A stretch of 64,000 nt of DNA from a virus, in the IMG/VR virus record IMGVR_UViG_3300017917_000095, positions 1-64,000 of that record, one strand, 5' to 3'. A model generated the notes under the pieces. That model saw only the letters and a program-made list of their open reading frames with translations. It was not told the origin of the DNA and did not search any database. Below, in pieces: positions 16,892 through 27,400 of this stretch. The position numbers and the translations under genes were made by a program. The number at the start of each line of letters is the position of its first letter. Position 1 is the first letter of the stretch.

Positions 16892-19800
16892 TGGCAGAAG
16901 ATATTGTAAAACAAGCAGGTGCCTCGTCATCTAGTAAACCAGACGCCGGCGGCGGCGTTGTTAGAAACGTACCTGTACTAGGCATAGTAAAGAACAACAT
17001 CGATCCAACTCGCACTGGTCGTATTCAAGTATACATATCTGACTTAGGAAGTGATGATCCTGACAATCCAGAAAGCTGGGCAACAGTATCATATATGAGT
17101 CCGTTCTTTGGATCAGTCGAACCAACGGCAGCAGATACAGGTGAAGGTGACTTCACTGCGAACCCTGCAAGCTATGGCGTGTGGAATAGTCCTCCTGATC
17201 TAGGTTCTACTGTTATCTGCATCTTCATTAACGGTGACCCTAACTATGGTTTCTACATCGGTTGTGTTCCAAAAGCAGAAGCATTGTTCATGGTTCCTGC
17301 AATTGGTTCTAGCAGCAAGGCAGTCATTGGATCAGACGGTGAATCACAAAGCTTAGGTGGTGCTGAACAACTACCTGTTACTAACATTAACACTAACAAC
17401 GCAGCAATAGCCGATGGTGCAAATTTCTTAGATGAACCAAAACCAGTACACAGTTATCAAGCTTCTATTTTATTCAAACAAGGTTTAGTTCGTGACACAT
17501 TGCGCGGCACTATCACATCTAGTGCCCAACGTGAAAGCCCCTCACGAATTGGTTGGGGTGTAAGTTCTCCCGGTCGTCCTATCTATGCAGGTGGATACAA
17601 TGATACAAGCATTGCACAAGCAGCCGTTGATGGCAAAGATGATAAAGGAATGTCAGTCATCTCACGCAGAGGTGGACATTCTATTGTACTAGACGACGGT
17701 GATCTAACAGGTAAAGATCAGTTAGTAAGAATACGTTCCGCTGCCGGACATCAAATTTTAATGAGCGATGATGGTCAGACTATCTTCATCATTCATAGTA
17801 ATGGTCAGTCATGGGTTGAGTTGGGCAAAGAAGGCACAATCGACATGTTCTGTACGAACAGTTTTAACGTCAGAACACAAGGTGATATCAACTTCCATGC
17901 AGACAAAGACATTAACATTCACGCTAAAAAGAAGCTGAATATCAAAGCCGAAGATATCTATATCAACTCTGAAAAGAGTACAAAACACCTGATCGGTAGT
18001 GATTACAACATTGAAACTACAGGAACACACGGGCATAAAGTAGGTGGGTCATTCAGTTTAGAATCAGGTGGTGAGGGTAGTTTAGTATCAGGTGGTGTAT
18101 TCTATATAAACGGAAGCAAAGTTAACTTGAATACAGGGCAAGGTGCAGCACCTGCAGCAGTGGCACCATTGACAGATAAGACCCATACTGACACTATGTT
18201 TGATAGTGTCAAGGGCTACTTGGCTGCACCCGGAACACTCAAGACAATCGCAACAAGAGCACCTGCACACTCGCCGTGGGCAAACGCCAACCAAGGCGTC
18301 GATGTTGAGACTAGTCCAAACGCATCAGACAACTTACCGTCATCACCAAGTTCAGCAGTACAAAGCGCAAACGATGCAGCCGCAGCAGCACCTACTAGCA
18401 CTCCAGTTGCTCCGGCAGCGTTAGCTACTGTTCCTGCTGTACCAGCAGCGAGTGCGGCTCTAGACCAACAAGCAACTGGTTCTATGCTTGGTGCTGTTGC
18501 AACGAATGCAGCCACTGGTCCTGCTATGGACGCAGTACAACAAGGTGCTGGCATAGTTCAAACTGCAACTGCAGGGGCTCAGGCAGCAATCGGCTCGTTC
18601 GCACAAAGCCCTGCACAGTTAGAATCAGCAGGATTCTTAAAACCAGGCTCATCATCTCTAGTAGATTCTTTGGTTCAAAGCGGAGCACCGTTATCACAAG
18701 CAATGCCTAGCAACTTGTTTACTGGTAAAGACGGGGTAGCAAGTCTAACATCATTCGTCAACAATCCTACTGCACAAGCATCAGGAATGATATCGAACTT
18801 CCAGCAATCACAGACTGCATTGACAAGTGCAGGTTTAATGTCAGGAAAAGAATCATCAGTTTCCATTGCTGGTATGGTTATGGCAGGAGCAACTGCAGGG
18901 GTGAACAACACTATTAATGCAGTCAAGAATCTAGGAACATTAGCATCTAACATTTCGCTACCAAACAGCATAGGACTTCCTGGAATAACTAATCCAGTTA
19001 CTAGTGCAATCAGTTCTGGTAATTTTGCAGCAGGATTGGCACAGTCTAGTACTGGTGGCTTAGGTTCTATTTTGAATACAGCATTACCTGTTGCAGGGTT
19101 GATTGCAGGATCGAAACTAAATGCTAGAGGAGCAAGCGCAGCCGCATTCGGTGTGATTGCAGCATCTATCGCAACACTGCCAAAAGGTCCTGTAAACTTG
19201 AAAACAAATGCGTCATTGAACATCGATAGTGCATTAGCAAGGGCAACTGACTTGAAGGGGGCCGCAAGTATTCTAAAAACTACTGGTCAGATCCTAGGTG
19301 GAAACATAGGCAAAGTGACCGGAGCAGTAGCCGGCGGCTTAACTGCAATTGATAGATTGAACGGTGCAAAAACACCAAGTCAAGGTCTAGCAGGTTTGAC
19401 GGGCGTAATCGGAAGCTTGGGCACGATTGGGTCTGCATTGGGCAATAAGTCAATAGCAAAAGCAGCAAGAGATGTAAACTCTATCATTGGCGTTTCTACT
19501 CAGATTAACCGTAACTTGGGTGTTATTGCTAACGCTAGAAATGCATCACAGGCACTTGGTGGTATACTAGGTGTACTAGGTGGAATCGGTAGGGGTGGCA
19601 CTGTATTTGGTAATAAGAAGCTAGCAAACACTACACGTAAGATTGGTAGCGTTGTAAGTAATACCGGAAATATCTTTAGGGCAGTGGATGTTCTAGCGAC
19701 AAGCAAGAACATCAACACAACACTAGGAGCATATGGTTCTATCCTAAATTCTGCAGGTAGAATTGCCGGAGTGTTTAGCAAGAATAGCAGAAGTAGTGGC

Positions 19801-20535
19801 TTATTTGGTATACCGGGCGGACAACTAAGTGTTGGTTCGATTGTCAATAAATCTCTAGGATCTTTGGGCGTACCAAAGAACCCAGCATTGAACGCAATCA
19901 TCACAAACGCAGTGACCGCATCGATTAACAAGATAGCGTTCCCAACAGCAGTCAAGGGAATGACTGGTGCTGGTATAGCTGCAGGATTAAGCATGCCTTC
20001 TGGCTTGCCTAATGTCTCTAACCAGATAACACAGTCGTTGACTGGACTACAAGCACAGGGTCAAAACTTGACTACACTTGCTTTGGGAGATTTGAGTGCA
20101 GGGGAAGCTGGTCCATTGAATGCGGCCATGTCAGCGATTGGATTCGGTGGTGCCGGAGCATTACAGATGCCTACTATCGGATTGAACACCAATGATATGT
20201 CAGAAGTAGAAGCACAGATGACCTCATTGTTGGGTGATCCTAGAATTCCTGCACCGAACTTCGGTGATGATAACGAATCAGCAGTTGCGGTCTTAGAGCA
20301 ATTCTTGCAACAAAATGAGCAGGTTGATTCTATGTTTGCAGAAGTCGATGATCTAGCTACACAAGTTATCTCAGCAAGAGAAGAATTCTACGCACTAGAA
20401 TTGTCACTTCCTGCAGGAGACCCAGAAGTAGCAGCAGCAAGAGAGGAATATGTTGCAATGAGCCAAGAATTACAAGCCAAACTAAATCAGATTGACAATC
20501 TAATTAGTGACTATGGCGACTCATCAGTAGCATAA
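16891..20535 (+). CDS. gp5: Baseplate central spike gp5 / VgrG-like, with a C-terminal extension of about 750 aa
   Basis: OB-fold region GIVKNNIDPTRTGRIQVYI and PPDLGSTV, followed by beta-helix entry motifs GGHSIVLDDG and RSAAGHQILMSD. After RAPAHSPW comes a long Ala/Gly-rich extension. Confidence 0.85.
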   Translation: MAEDIVKQAGASSSSKPDAGGGVVRNVPVLGIVKNNIDPTRTGRIQVYISDLGSDDPDNPESWATVSYMSPFFGSVEPTAADTGEGDFTANPASYGVWNSPPDLGSTVICIFINGDPNYGFYIGCVPKAEALFMVPAIGSSSKAVIGSDGESQSLGGAEQLPVTNINTNNAAIADGANFLDEPKPVHSYQASILFKQGLVRDTLRGTITSSAQRESPSRIGWGVSSPGRPIYAGGYNDTSIAQAAVDGKDDKGMSVISRRGGHSIVLDDGDLTGKDQLVRIRSAAGHQILMSDDGQTIFIIHSNGQSWVELGKEGTIDMFCTNSFNVRTQGDINFHADKDINIHAKKKLNIKAEDIYINSEKSTKHLIGSDYNIETTGTHGHKVGGSFSLESGGEGSLVSGGVFYINGSKVNLNTGQGAAPAAVAPLTDKTHTDTMFDSVKGYLAAPGTLKTIATRAPAHSPWANANQGVDVETSPNASDNLPSSPSSAVQSANDAAAAAPTSTPVAPAALATVPAVPAASAALDQQATGSMLGAVATNAATGPAMDAVQQGAGIVQTATAGAQAAIGSFAQSPAQLESAGFLKPGSSSLVDSLVQSGAPLSQAMPSNLFTGKDGVASLTSFVNNPTAQASGMISNFQQSQTALTSAGLMSGKESSVSIAGMVMAGATAGVNNTINAVKNLGTLASNISLPNSIGLPGITNPVTSAISSGNFAAGLAQSSTGGLGSILNTALPVAGLIAGSKLNARGASAAAFGVIAASIATLPKGPVNLKTNASLNIDSALARATDLKGAASILKTTGQILGGNIGKVTGAVAGGLTAIDRLNGAKTPSQGLAGLTGVIGSLGTIGSALGNKSIAKAARDVNSIIGVSTQINRNLGVIANARNASQALGGILGVLGGIGRGGTVFGNKKLANTTRKIGSVVSNTGNIFRAVDVLATSKNINTTLGAYGSILNSAGRIAGVFSKNSRSSGLFGIPGGQLSVGSIVNKSLGSLGVPKNPALNAIITNAVTASINKIAFPTAVKGMTGAGIAAGLSMPSGLPNVSNQITQSLTGLQAQGQNLTTLALGDLSAGEAGPLNAAMSAIGFGGAGALQMPTIGLNTNDMSEVEAQMTSLLGDPRIPAPNFGDDNESAVAVLEQFLQQNEQVDSMFAEVDDLATQVISAREEFYALELSLPAGDPEVAAAREEYVAMSQELQAKLNQIDNLISDYGDSSVA

Positions 20536-20538
20536 ATA
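20531..20538 (+). promoter_or_regulatory. Late promoter CATAAATA, 5 nt before the gp25 ATG
   Basis: 7/8 match to TATAAATA. Confidence 0.65.
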
Positions 20539-20543
20539 TTATC

Positions 20544-20996
20544 ATGCCACAATATATCGGATTCAGCACAATCAACAGCAATGTCCCTAGGACAACTAAT
20601 GCACCGACGGGCAACGACGGGGGAGTCGGCGGAGTAACTAAATCAGTGAACACAGGAAAGAAGTTTCGTTTGGTTGATACTCCCCTTGTTGTTAGAGACT
20701 TTCTTAATGCATTGAACATTCCCCAAGGGCAGAAAGTCGGACAACCTCAATACGGTACGACTCTCTGGTCCTTTGTATTTGAGCCGAACACTGCCGATAC
20801 TCAGTACAAGTTAGAAAACGAACTAAGGCGCGTGGCCAGCTTAGATCCAAGATTACTGGTCAACACAGTCAAAGCATATCCCCAAGAAAACGGGATTCTA
20901 ATCGAAATGGAGATCGCCGTAGCTCCATTCAACCAAGCACAATTATTAAGTGTATTCTTCAGCCAGGCAGCAAATAGAGCAAGCATTCAAGGCTAA
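20544..20996 (+). CDS. gp25: Baseplate wedge subunit gp25
   Basis: YIGFST, DFLNALNIPQGQKVGQPQYGTTLWSFVFEP and DPRL motifs. Confidence 0.88.
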   Translation: MPQYIGFSTINSNVPRTTNAPTGNDGGVGGVTKSVNTGKKFRLVDTPLVVRDFLNALNIPQGQKVGQPQYGTTLWSFVFEPNTADTQYKLENELRRVASLDPRLLVNTVKAYPQENGILIEMEIAVAPFNQAQLLSVFFSQAANRASIQG

Positions 20997-21022
20997 CCGA
21001 AAAAAACACGGTTTTTAGGTAT

Positions 21023-21030
21023 GATAAATA
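21023..21030 (+). promoter_or_regulatory. Late promoter GATAAATA for gp6
   Basis: 7/8 match to TATAAATA, 18 nt before the ATG. Preceded by a small hairpin AACCG/CGGTT (20995-21013) and a short T run. Confidence 0.6.
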
Positions 21031-21048
21031 CTATAAAGAGATATACCT

Positions 21049-24000
21049 ATGGCTACAAGTTCAAGACAATCAGCATTATTTGGCGTCAACGATTGGCAAG
21101 CAATCTACCAAACCTTTCGTGAAGCCGATTTTAAAAGCTATGATTATGAGACTTTGCGTAAAAGTTTCATTGATTACTTGCGTGTGTATTACCCGGAAAC
21201 ATTCAATGACTTCATTGAATCATCGGAATTTATCGCCCTACTTGACGTTATAGCCTTCATGGGTCAGGGTCTTGCTTTCCGCAATGACGTTAACACCCGT
21301 GAAAACTTCATCGATACCGCTGAACGCCGCGACTCTGTTATCAAGCTAGCCAATTTAGTCAGCTACACTCCTAAGCGTAACCTAGCTGCCCAAGGATATC
21401 TAAAAGTAGTCAATATCCAGACTACCCAAAACATTACAGACTTGAACGGTGTCAACTTAGGTAATCTTCCTATTCTTTGGAATGATCCTGCTAACCCAAA
21501 TTGGTTGGAACAGTTCAACACAATTATCAATGCTGCACTGGTCGATACTCAGCGTGTAGGTCGTCCTGCAAACGTAGCAGATTTGCTAGGTGTTACTACC
21601 AGCGAGTACACACTACGTATCCCAAATAACACATTGCCAATCGTTCCGTTCAACTCAACAGTTGACGGTATCAATATGAACTTTGAGCTATGCAGTGTAA
21701 CCAGCGTAGATGCTGATTACATGTACGAGATTCCTCCAGCTCCAAGCGGTAGATTCAACATGCTATATCGTAACGACAAATTAGGTTACGGCAGCCCAAA
21801 TACTGGTTTCTTCTTCTACTTCAAGCAAGGAACATTGCAGAATTATGATTTCAATTTGCAACAGCAAATCAGTAACCAAGTCATTAACATTGACATTCAA
21901 GGTGTCAACAACGAAGATACCTGGTTGTATCAACTAAACGCTAACAACGGCAATAGAACACTGTGGACAAAAGTAGATAACATCTATGCTGATGCGTACC
22001 TACAAAACACTACTAGCAACAGAACTATTTTCTCGGTGAATTCACGATTCAACGATCAAGTAAGTTATGTGTTCGGTGACGGTGTGTTCAGTCAGATTCC
22101 AGTAGGATCATACAGAGCTTATGTACGTGCAGGAAATGCACTAACTTACACAATCGATCCATCAGAGATGCAAGGTATCACTGTATCTTTCAGCTATGTT
22201 AACCGTTTGGGCAAGACAGAGATTCTAACACTTGGATTAGAGCTTCAACTTCCTGTGTCAAATGCACAGGCACGTGAACCATTGGCACAAATCAAACAGC
22301 GTGCTCCTACAAGATATTATACACAGAATCGTATGGTTAACGGTGAAGATTACAACAACTTCCCATACACCTTATATAGTTCTATTATCAAGTCAAAAGC
22401 TATCAACCGTTCAAGTATTGGTGTCAGTAAGAACCTAGATATTCTCGATCCTACAGGTAAGTATTCAAGCTTGAATTCTTTTGCGACTGACGGAGCATTA
22501 TGGCAAGATGATACTAATGGTTATGCCAACCTAACTATCAACACAGTTGGTAACATCATTACATTCTTGACAGATACGTTGGGTAGTGTGTTATCTAGTA
22601 ACCGTGTCGTTCAATACTATACACAAAACTTTAACCAATACGCAATTAATAGTGCATCAGGCGATGGTACTGTTTATTGGAATGCAAGCACAGTAGATGC
22701 CAACTCGTTGACTGGTTATTTCTTTAACATTACTGATGGTAGCAATACTTCAATTCCAATTGGCACCTATTCAACGAATAATGTCAAGTACATTACACCG
22801 GGCGCATTGGTAAAATTCATTGCACCTAGTGGATTCTACTTTGATACTAACAATCGTTTAGTAGCTGGCATCGCAGGCCCAAGCAATCAAACATTTATTT
22901 GGACAACAGTATTGTCAGTTATTGGTGACGGATATAACAACGGACAAGGTAACTTTGCTAACGGAACCGGTCCAGTAACCCTTAACGGTTATGTACCTGT
23001 CGGTGCAATCTTAACTACAGTTCTACCATCGTTTGATAACTCATTGTCTAACGAAATCGTACAAGAGTGTATCATTCGCATGGAGTTGCAACAGAACTTC
23101 AGCTTAGTATTCAATAACTCATACACTGTTGCACAGGATCGCTGGTCAATCGAACAATATGATAACGCAAATTGGTTTGTTCGTTTCCAAAGTGATAGCG
23201 GCGGTCGCTATACTATTACCTATCGCTCATTGCGTTACTATTTTGGTAGTGTGTCTGATACCCGCTTTAGTTATGAGCGTGACAAGTTAGTGTACGACCC
23301 ATTCAGTGGTAAAATCTTGCAAGACTTTGTTAAAGTTCTTGCTACTAACACACAACCAAACAGCAACTATCCATTAGCTAAAGATGTTTCAGTAAACATC
23401 GTTGGACAGACAGTTGAGAGCGATGGATACATTAATGACTTTGAAGTTGAAGTTGCAAGTAATGACATTAACAATCGCGGTTTGATTGTAAATCCAGACT
23501 TCTTCCAAACAGTGACTGGCTATACAACTGGCGGTGCTAACACAGGCATTTATGTATTCTTTGAATTGATTCAAGACGCTATCAGTTTGACAAGATATCA
23601 GATTGTTCCTACTAGCGATGTGGTTCAGTATCAAACAAAGACACAGATTGAAGTTGCAAAGTATGACTACCCAGAAGGTCAGTTGTTCTATGCATACGGA
23701 GAGAACACATTTTGGACTACAATCCAAGACGATACTGTTCAAACACCGTATTATATTTTGACAGAGCAACCACAGTATTCAATGAAGCCGGGGCGTCAAG
23801 GTCTACAATATCAATATCGTCACAATAGCAACAACACAACACGTATTGATCCTGCAACAACCAACATCATTGACTTGTACGTAGTGACACAGGCTTACTA
23901 TACACAATATCAAAACTATATTAAGGATACTACCAACACAGTACCTATGCCACCCAAGCCAACTATTAATGAGTTGTCAGAGGCATACGGTGGACTCAAC

Positions 24001-24417
24001 AATTACAAAATGTTGAGTGATAGCGTGGTATTAAATAGTGTAGTGTTCAAGCCTTTGTTTGGTCCTAAAGCAGATTCTGCATTAAGAGCAACGATTAAAG
24101 TTATCAAGGCGTCCAACACGAATGCAAGTGATAGTGAAATTCGCAGTTCAGTACTAGCAGCAATGAATACATATTTTGATATTAACAATTGGAACTTTGG
24201 AGACACGTTCTACTTCTCCGAACTAAGCGCATACTTACACGATCAAGTAGGTGAGTATATTAGTTCGGCAGTACTTGTTCCAAATGATCCTACAATGAAG
24301 TTCGGAGACCTTTATGAAATAAAATGTGCACCATACGAAATTTTCGTTAATGCGGCAACTGCTAATGACGTATTAGTTATCGCATCGCTCACACCAGCAG
24401 AATTACAAATAGCATAA
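21049..24417 (+). CDS. gp6: Baseplate wedge subunit gp6
   Basis: DFKSYDYETLR, FNDFIESSE, ENFIDTAERRDSV..LA..VSYTPKR, FGDGVF and YYTQNRMVNGEDY motifs. Confidence 0.9.
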   Translation: MATSSRQSALFGVNDWQAIYQTFREADFKSYDYETLRKSFIDYLRVYYPETFNDFIESSEFIALLDVIAFMGQGLAFRNDVNTRENFIDTAERRDSVIKLANLVSYTPKRNLAAQGYLKVVNIQTTQNITDLNGVNLGNLPILWNDPANPNWLEQFNTIINAALVDTQRVGRPANVADLLGVTTSEYTLRIPNNTLPIVPFNSTVDGINMNFELCSVTSVDADYMYEIPPAPSGRFNMLYRNDKLGYGSPNTGFFFYFKQGTLQNYDFNLQQQISNQVINIDIQGVNNEDTWLYQLNANNGNRTLWTKVDNIYADAYLQNTTSNRTIFSVNSRFNDQVSYVFGDGVFSQIPVGSYRAYVRAGNALTYTIDPSEMQGITVSFSYVNRLGKTEILTLGLELQLPVSNAQAREPLAQIKQRAPTRYYTQNRMVNGEDYNNFPYTLYSSIIKSKAINRSSIGVSKNLDILDPTGKYSSLNSFATDGALWQDDTNGYANLTINTVGNIITFLTDTLGSVLSSNRVVQYYTQNFNQYAINSASGDGTVYWNASTVDANSLTGYFFNITDGSNTSIPIGTYSTNNVKYITPGALVKFIAPSGFYFDTNNRLVAGIAGPSNQTFIWTTVLSVIGDGYNNGQGNFANGTGPVTLNGYVPVGAILTTVLPSFDNSLSNEIVQECIIRMELQQNFSLVFNNSYTVAQDRWSIEQYDNANWFVRFQSDSGGRYTITYRSLRYYFGSVSDTRFSYERDKLVYDPFSGKILQDFVKVLATNTQPNSNYPLAKDVSVNIVGQTVESDGYINDFEVEVASNDINNRGLIVNPDFFQTVTGYTTGGANTGIYVFFELIQDAISLTRYQIVPTSDVVQYQTKTQIEVAKYDYPEGQLFYAYGENTFWTTIQDDTVQTPYYILTEQPQYSMKPGRQGLQYQYRHNSNNTTRIDPATTNIIDLYVVTQAYYTQYQNYIKDTTNTVPMPPKPTINELSEAYGGLNNYKMLSDSVVLNSVVFKPLFGPKADSALRATIKVIKASNTNASDSEIRSSVLAAMNTYFDINNWNFGDTFYFSELSAYLHDQVGEYISSAVLVPNDPTMKFGDLYEIKCAPYEIFVNAATANDVLVIASLTPAELQIA

Positions 24418-24420
24418 GTA
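24413..24420 (+). promoter_or_regulatory. Late promoter variant CATAAGTA, 7 nt before the giant-gene ATG
   Basis: Same 8-mer as at 7917-7924. No Shine-Dalgarno between the motif and the ATG. Confidence 0.55.
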
Positions 24421-24427
24421 TTATATT

Positions 24428-27400
24428 ATGGCATCGAGAATTAGAACATTAAACTTCTTACCAGAAGTATTTCAAACTACAACTAACAGCCAGTTTTTGG
24501 GTGCAACATTAGATCAAATTGTTCAGCAGCCGGAAACTAAACGTATCGAAGGTTACGTTGGTAGTAGATTTGGTTATGGTGTAAACGCTAAGAATTACTA
24601 CGTCACTGAACCTAACAAAACAAGAACCGATTATCAATTAGATCCAGGTGTTGTCTTCACTAAGACAAACGAATCAGTCGCAAAAGACTTTATCAGCTAT
24701 CCTGGTATGTTAGATGCATTGAATCTTGAAGGTGGGTTGACACAAGATAACAACCGTCTATATAACAGTCAGTTCTATTCTTGGGATTCGTTCACCGACC
24801 TAGACAAGATTATCAACTTCAACCAATACTACTGGATCCCACAAGGTCCTGCTAGTGTTGTTGTTTCTAGTGAAACTGTGTTCTCGTCTAACGAATATAA
24901 CGTATACGATCTTCCTAGTGGTTACAATATTGTTCCTGTAACCTCTTCTGAAGGCCAAGGCACAACCAACCCAACATTAACATTGTTGCGCGGTGGTACA
25001 TATACATTTGCAGTAAACCAAGATACTCAATTCTGGATTCAAGGTCGTCCTGGCGTTACTGGTTATGATCCAACTCAACCAAACGTACAGACACGTGATG
25101 TATTAGGTGTTGACAATAACGGAACAACGCAAGGTATTGTGACATTTACTGTTCCTCCTAAAGATGCACAAGACGACTACAACTTTCCGGGTAACAACTT
25201 AGTGGATGTTGTTAGTACACTTCCTTTTGCACAAGTCAATGGTGCAAGATTAGCAGACTTAGGTGGCATCGATGGTGTAACATCATTAGATGGATTAACC
25301 GTAATGTTCTACAATACAGGTATTCCAAATGAAGTTGGATATGTATCTAACTTCTTCGACTATACTCCCTTCGATTATAACGATGATCTAACTCCTCTAC
25401 AGTCTATTACTGTTACTGCAACCACAGCATCAACAGATGCTATCACTTGCAGCAGTACCGCAAACTTAGCAGTAGGAAATGCTATTATTTTCAATGGTAA
25501 CCCATTCGGTGGGTTAGCAGCTTATTCTACAACTCTACCAAACACAATTTATTACGTAGAGTCTATCATTAACTCTACTCAGTTCACTGTTTCTACAACA
25601 GTCGGTGGCTCTGTATATCCATTGTCCAATGGTTCTGGTACAATGACAGCAATCTCTAACCAAGGTCTATATGAGCAAGGTTACTACACAAACGTAAATG
25701 AAAATTTCTATACTATTCAGTACCTAGGTGATCCTTCTGATCCGGTTATACGTTTGAAGCAAGCTAACGAGATTCCTACTAACCAAAAGATTACTGCAAC
25801 TTACGGTACACAGTGGGTAGCTAGGGCATTCTACAAGAATCCGTCTGGTGTTGTACTATTAATCCCTTATCTAAGCGCACAACTTGATACTTTATACTAC
25901 CAAGACGGTACATTTGCAGATAAGGTGGGTGTAATTAGACTAATCGAAAGTAACGTACTAAACACCCTAGATGTTGAGACAGACATTTTAGGTAAAGCGC
26001 AATATACTGCAACTAATGGAGTAGTATTCACTAATGGATTGAAAGTTACTTTCCAAGGTGATGTGTTCCCTGTAAAATATCTATCAGGTGAATATTATGT
26101 TGAAGGTGTAGGTACTGCAATTGAGCTACTACCAGTAGAAGATTTTGTTGCTCCTGAAAGTTTCACAGCTAGCACTTATGTTCCATGGGATACAATTGGA
26201 TGGGATGCTGCTAACTGGGAAGGTGATTCATATGTTCCAGTGAACCCTGAGTACATTACTATCGCTAGAAATTCTATGGATAAGAATGCATGGTCACGTA
26301 GTAATCGCTGGTTCCACATTGACGTTATCAACGCAACTGCGACATACAATAACAATCCTGATTTATTGACGTTATACACCAACGAAAACTTTAAGGCTAA
26401 GCGTCCTATCATCGAATTCTATCCTAATTTGAAACTGTTCAACTCAGGTTCAGAAGGAAAGGCTCCTGTGGATTTTATTGACGTAAGAACAACTGATGCA
26501 TTCAGCTTGGTCGCAGGTAAACAAAACTACTATCCTGACGTTGAAGTATATACTGGGTATAGTGCAACAATCACATCAACTAACTACACACCTATTCGTG
26601 CCTTTACAAGCGCAAGTGCATCAACCGACATATTTACTACTACGACCGGTACTACTGGTTTCCAAGTAAATGACTTGATCGTATTTGACGGCATCACACT
26701 AGATCCTACCATTCAAGACGGCAAATCATATTATATTGCTGAGGTAGTTTCTGGTACTCAGTTTAAAATTTCTGCTACTAAAGGTGGAAGTGTGATCGGT
26801 CCTGATAGCAACCTAGGTGCAGGCGGCAACATCATTTGGTCTCCTTTGAGTACTACTGTAACCGTTGCAGCGGATGAAATCACTGGAACATTTACTGTAG
26901 GTCAGTATGTTAAAGATTCAACTAACGCACTTCCACGCAATGCACAGATTGCCTCAATAACCGGCACAACAAATTTAACGTTGACAGTTGAATGGGACGA
27001 AGGTTCAAAATATTTCGCACAACAGACAAATGCATCTATCATTGGTACTGATACTACAAACGACAACTATGCTTTGTTCGATGGAGCCACTGTTATCTTT
27101 ACTGCCGACACAGATGCTAACGTAAGAAACAAAGTGTATGTTTCACGTTTCTCCGCTATCACTGGATCATCAACACCGATCATTACATTGACAGAAGCTA
27201 AAGACGGTGAGGTTTATCCAAATCAACAAACAGTTGCATTGCGCGGATATTTCAATAATGGTAATGAGTTCTGGTTCGATGGAGCAGAATGGATTGAGGG
27301 TCAACAAAAGACAACATTGAATCAACCACCGTTGTTTGATATTTTTGACGAAAACCAAGTTAGCTTGGGAGACCCACTAGTCTATGTGGGAACATCGTTC

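Noticed and set aside
18216-19994. Minus-strand ORFs of 112-182 aa inside gp5 (similar ones at 38152-38628 and 58223-58720)
   Set aside because: Antisense shadows of well-supported genes.
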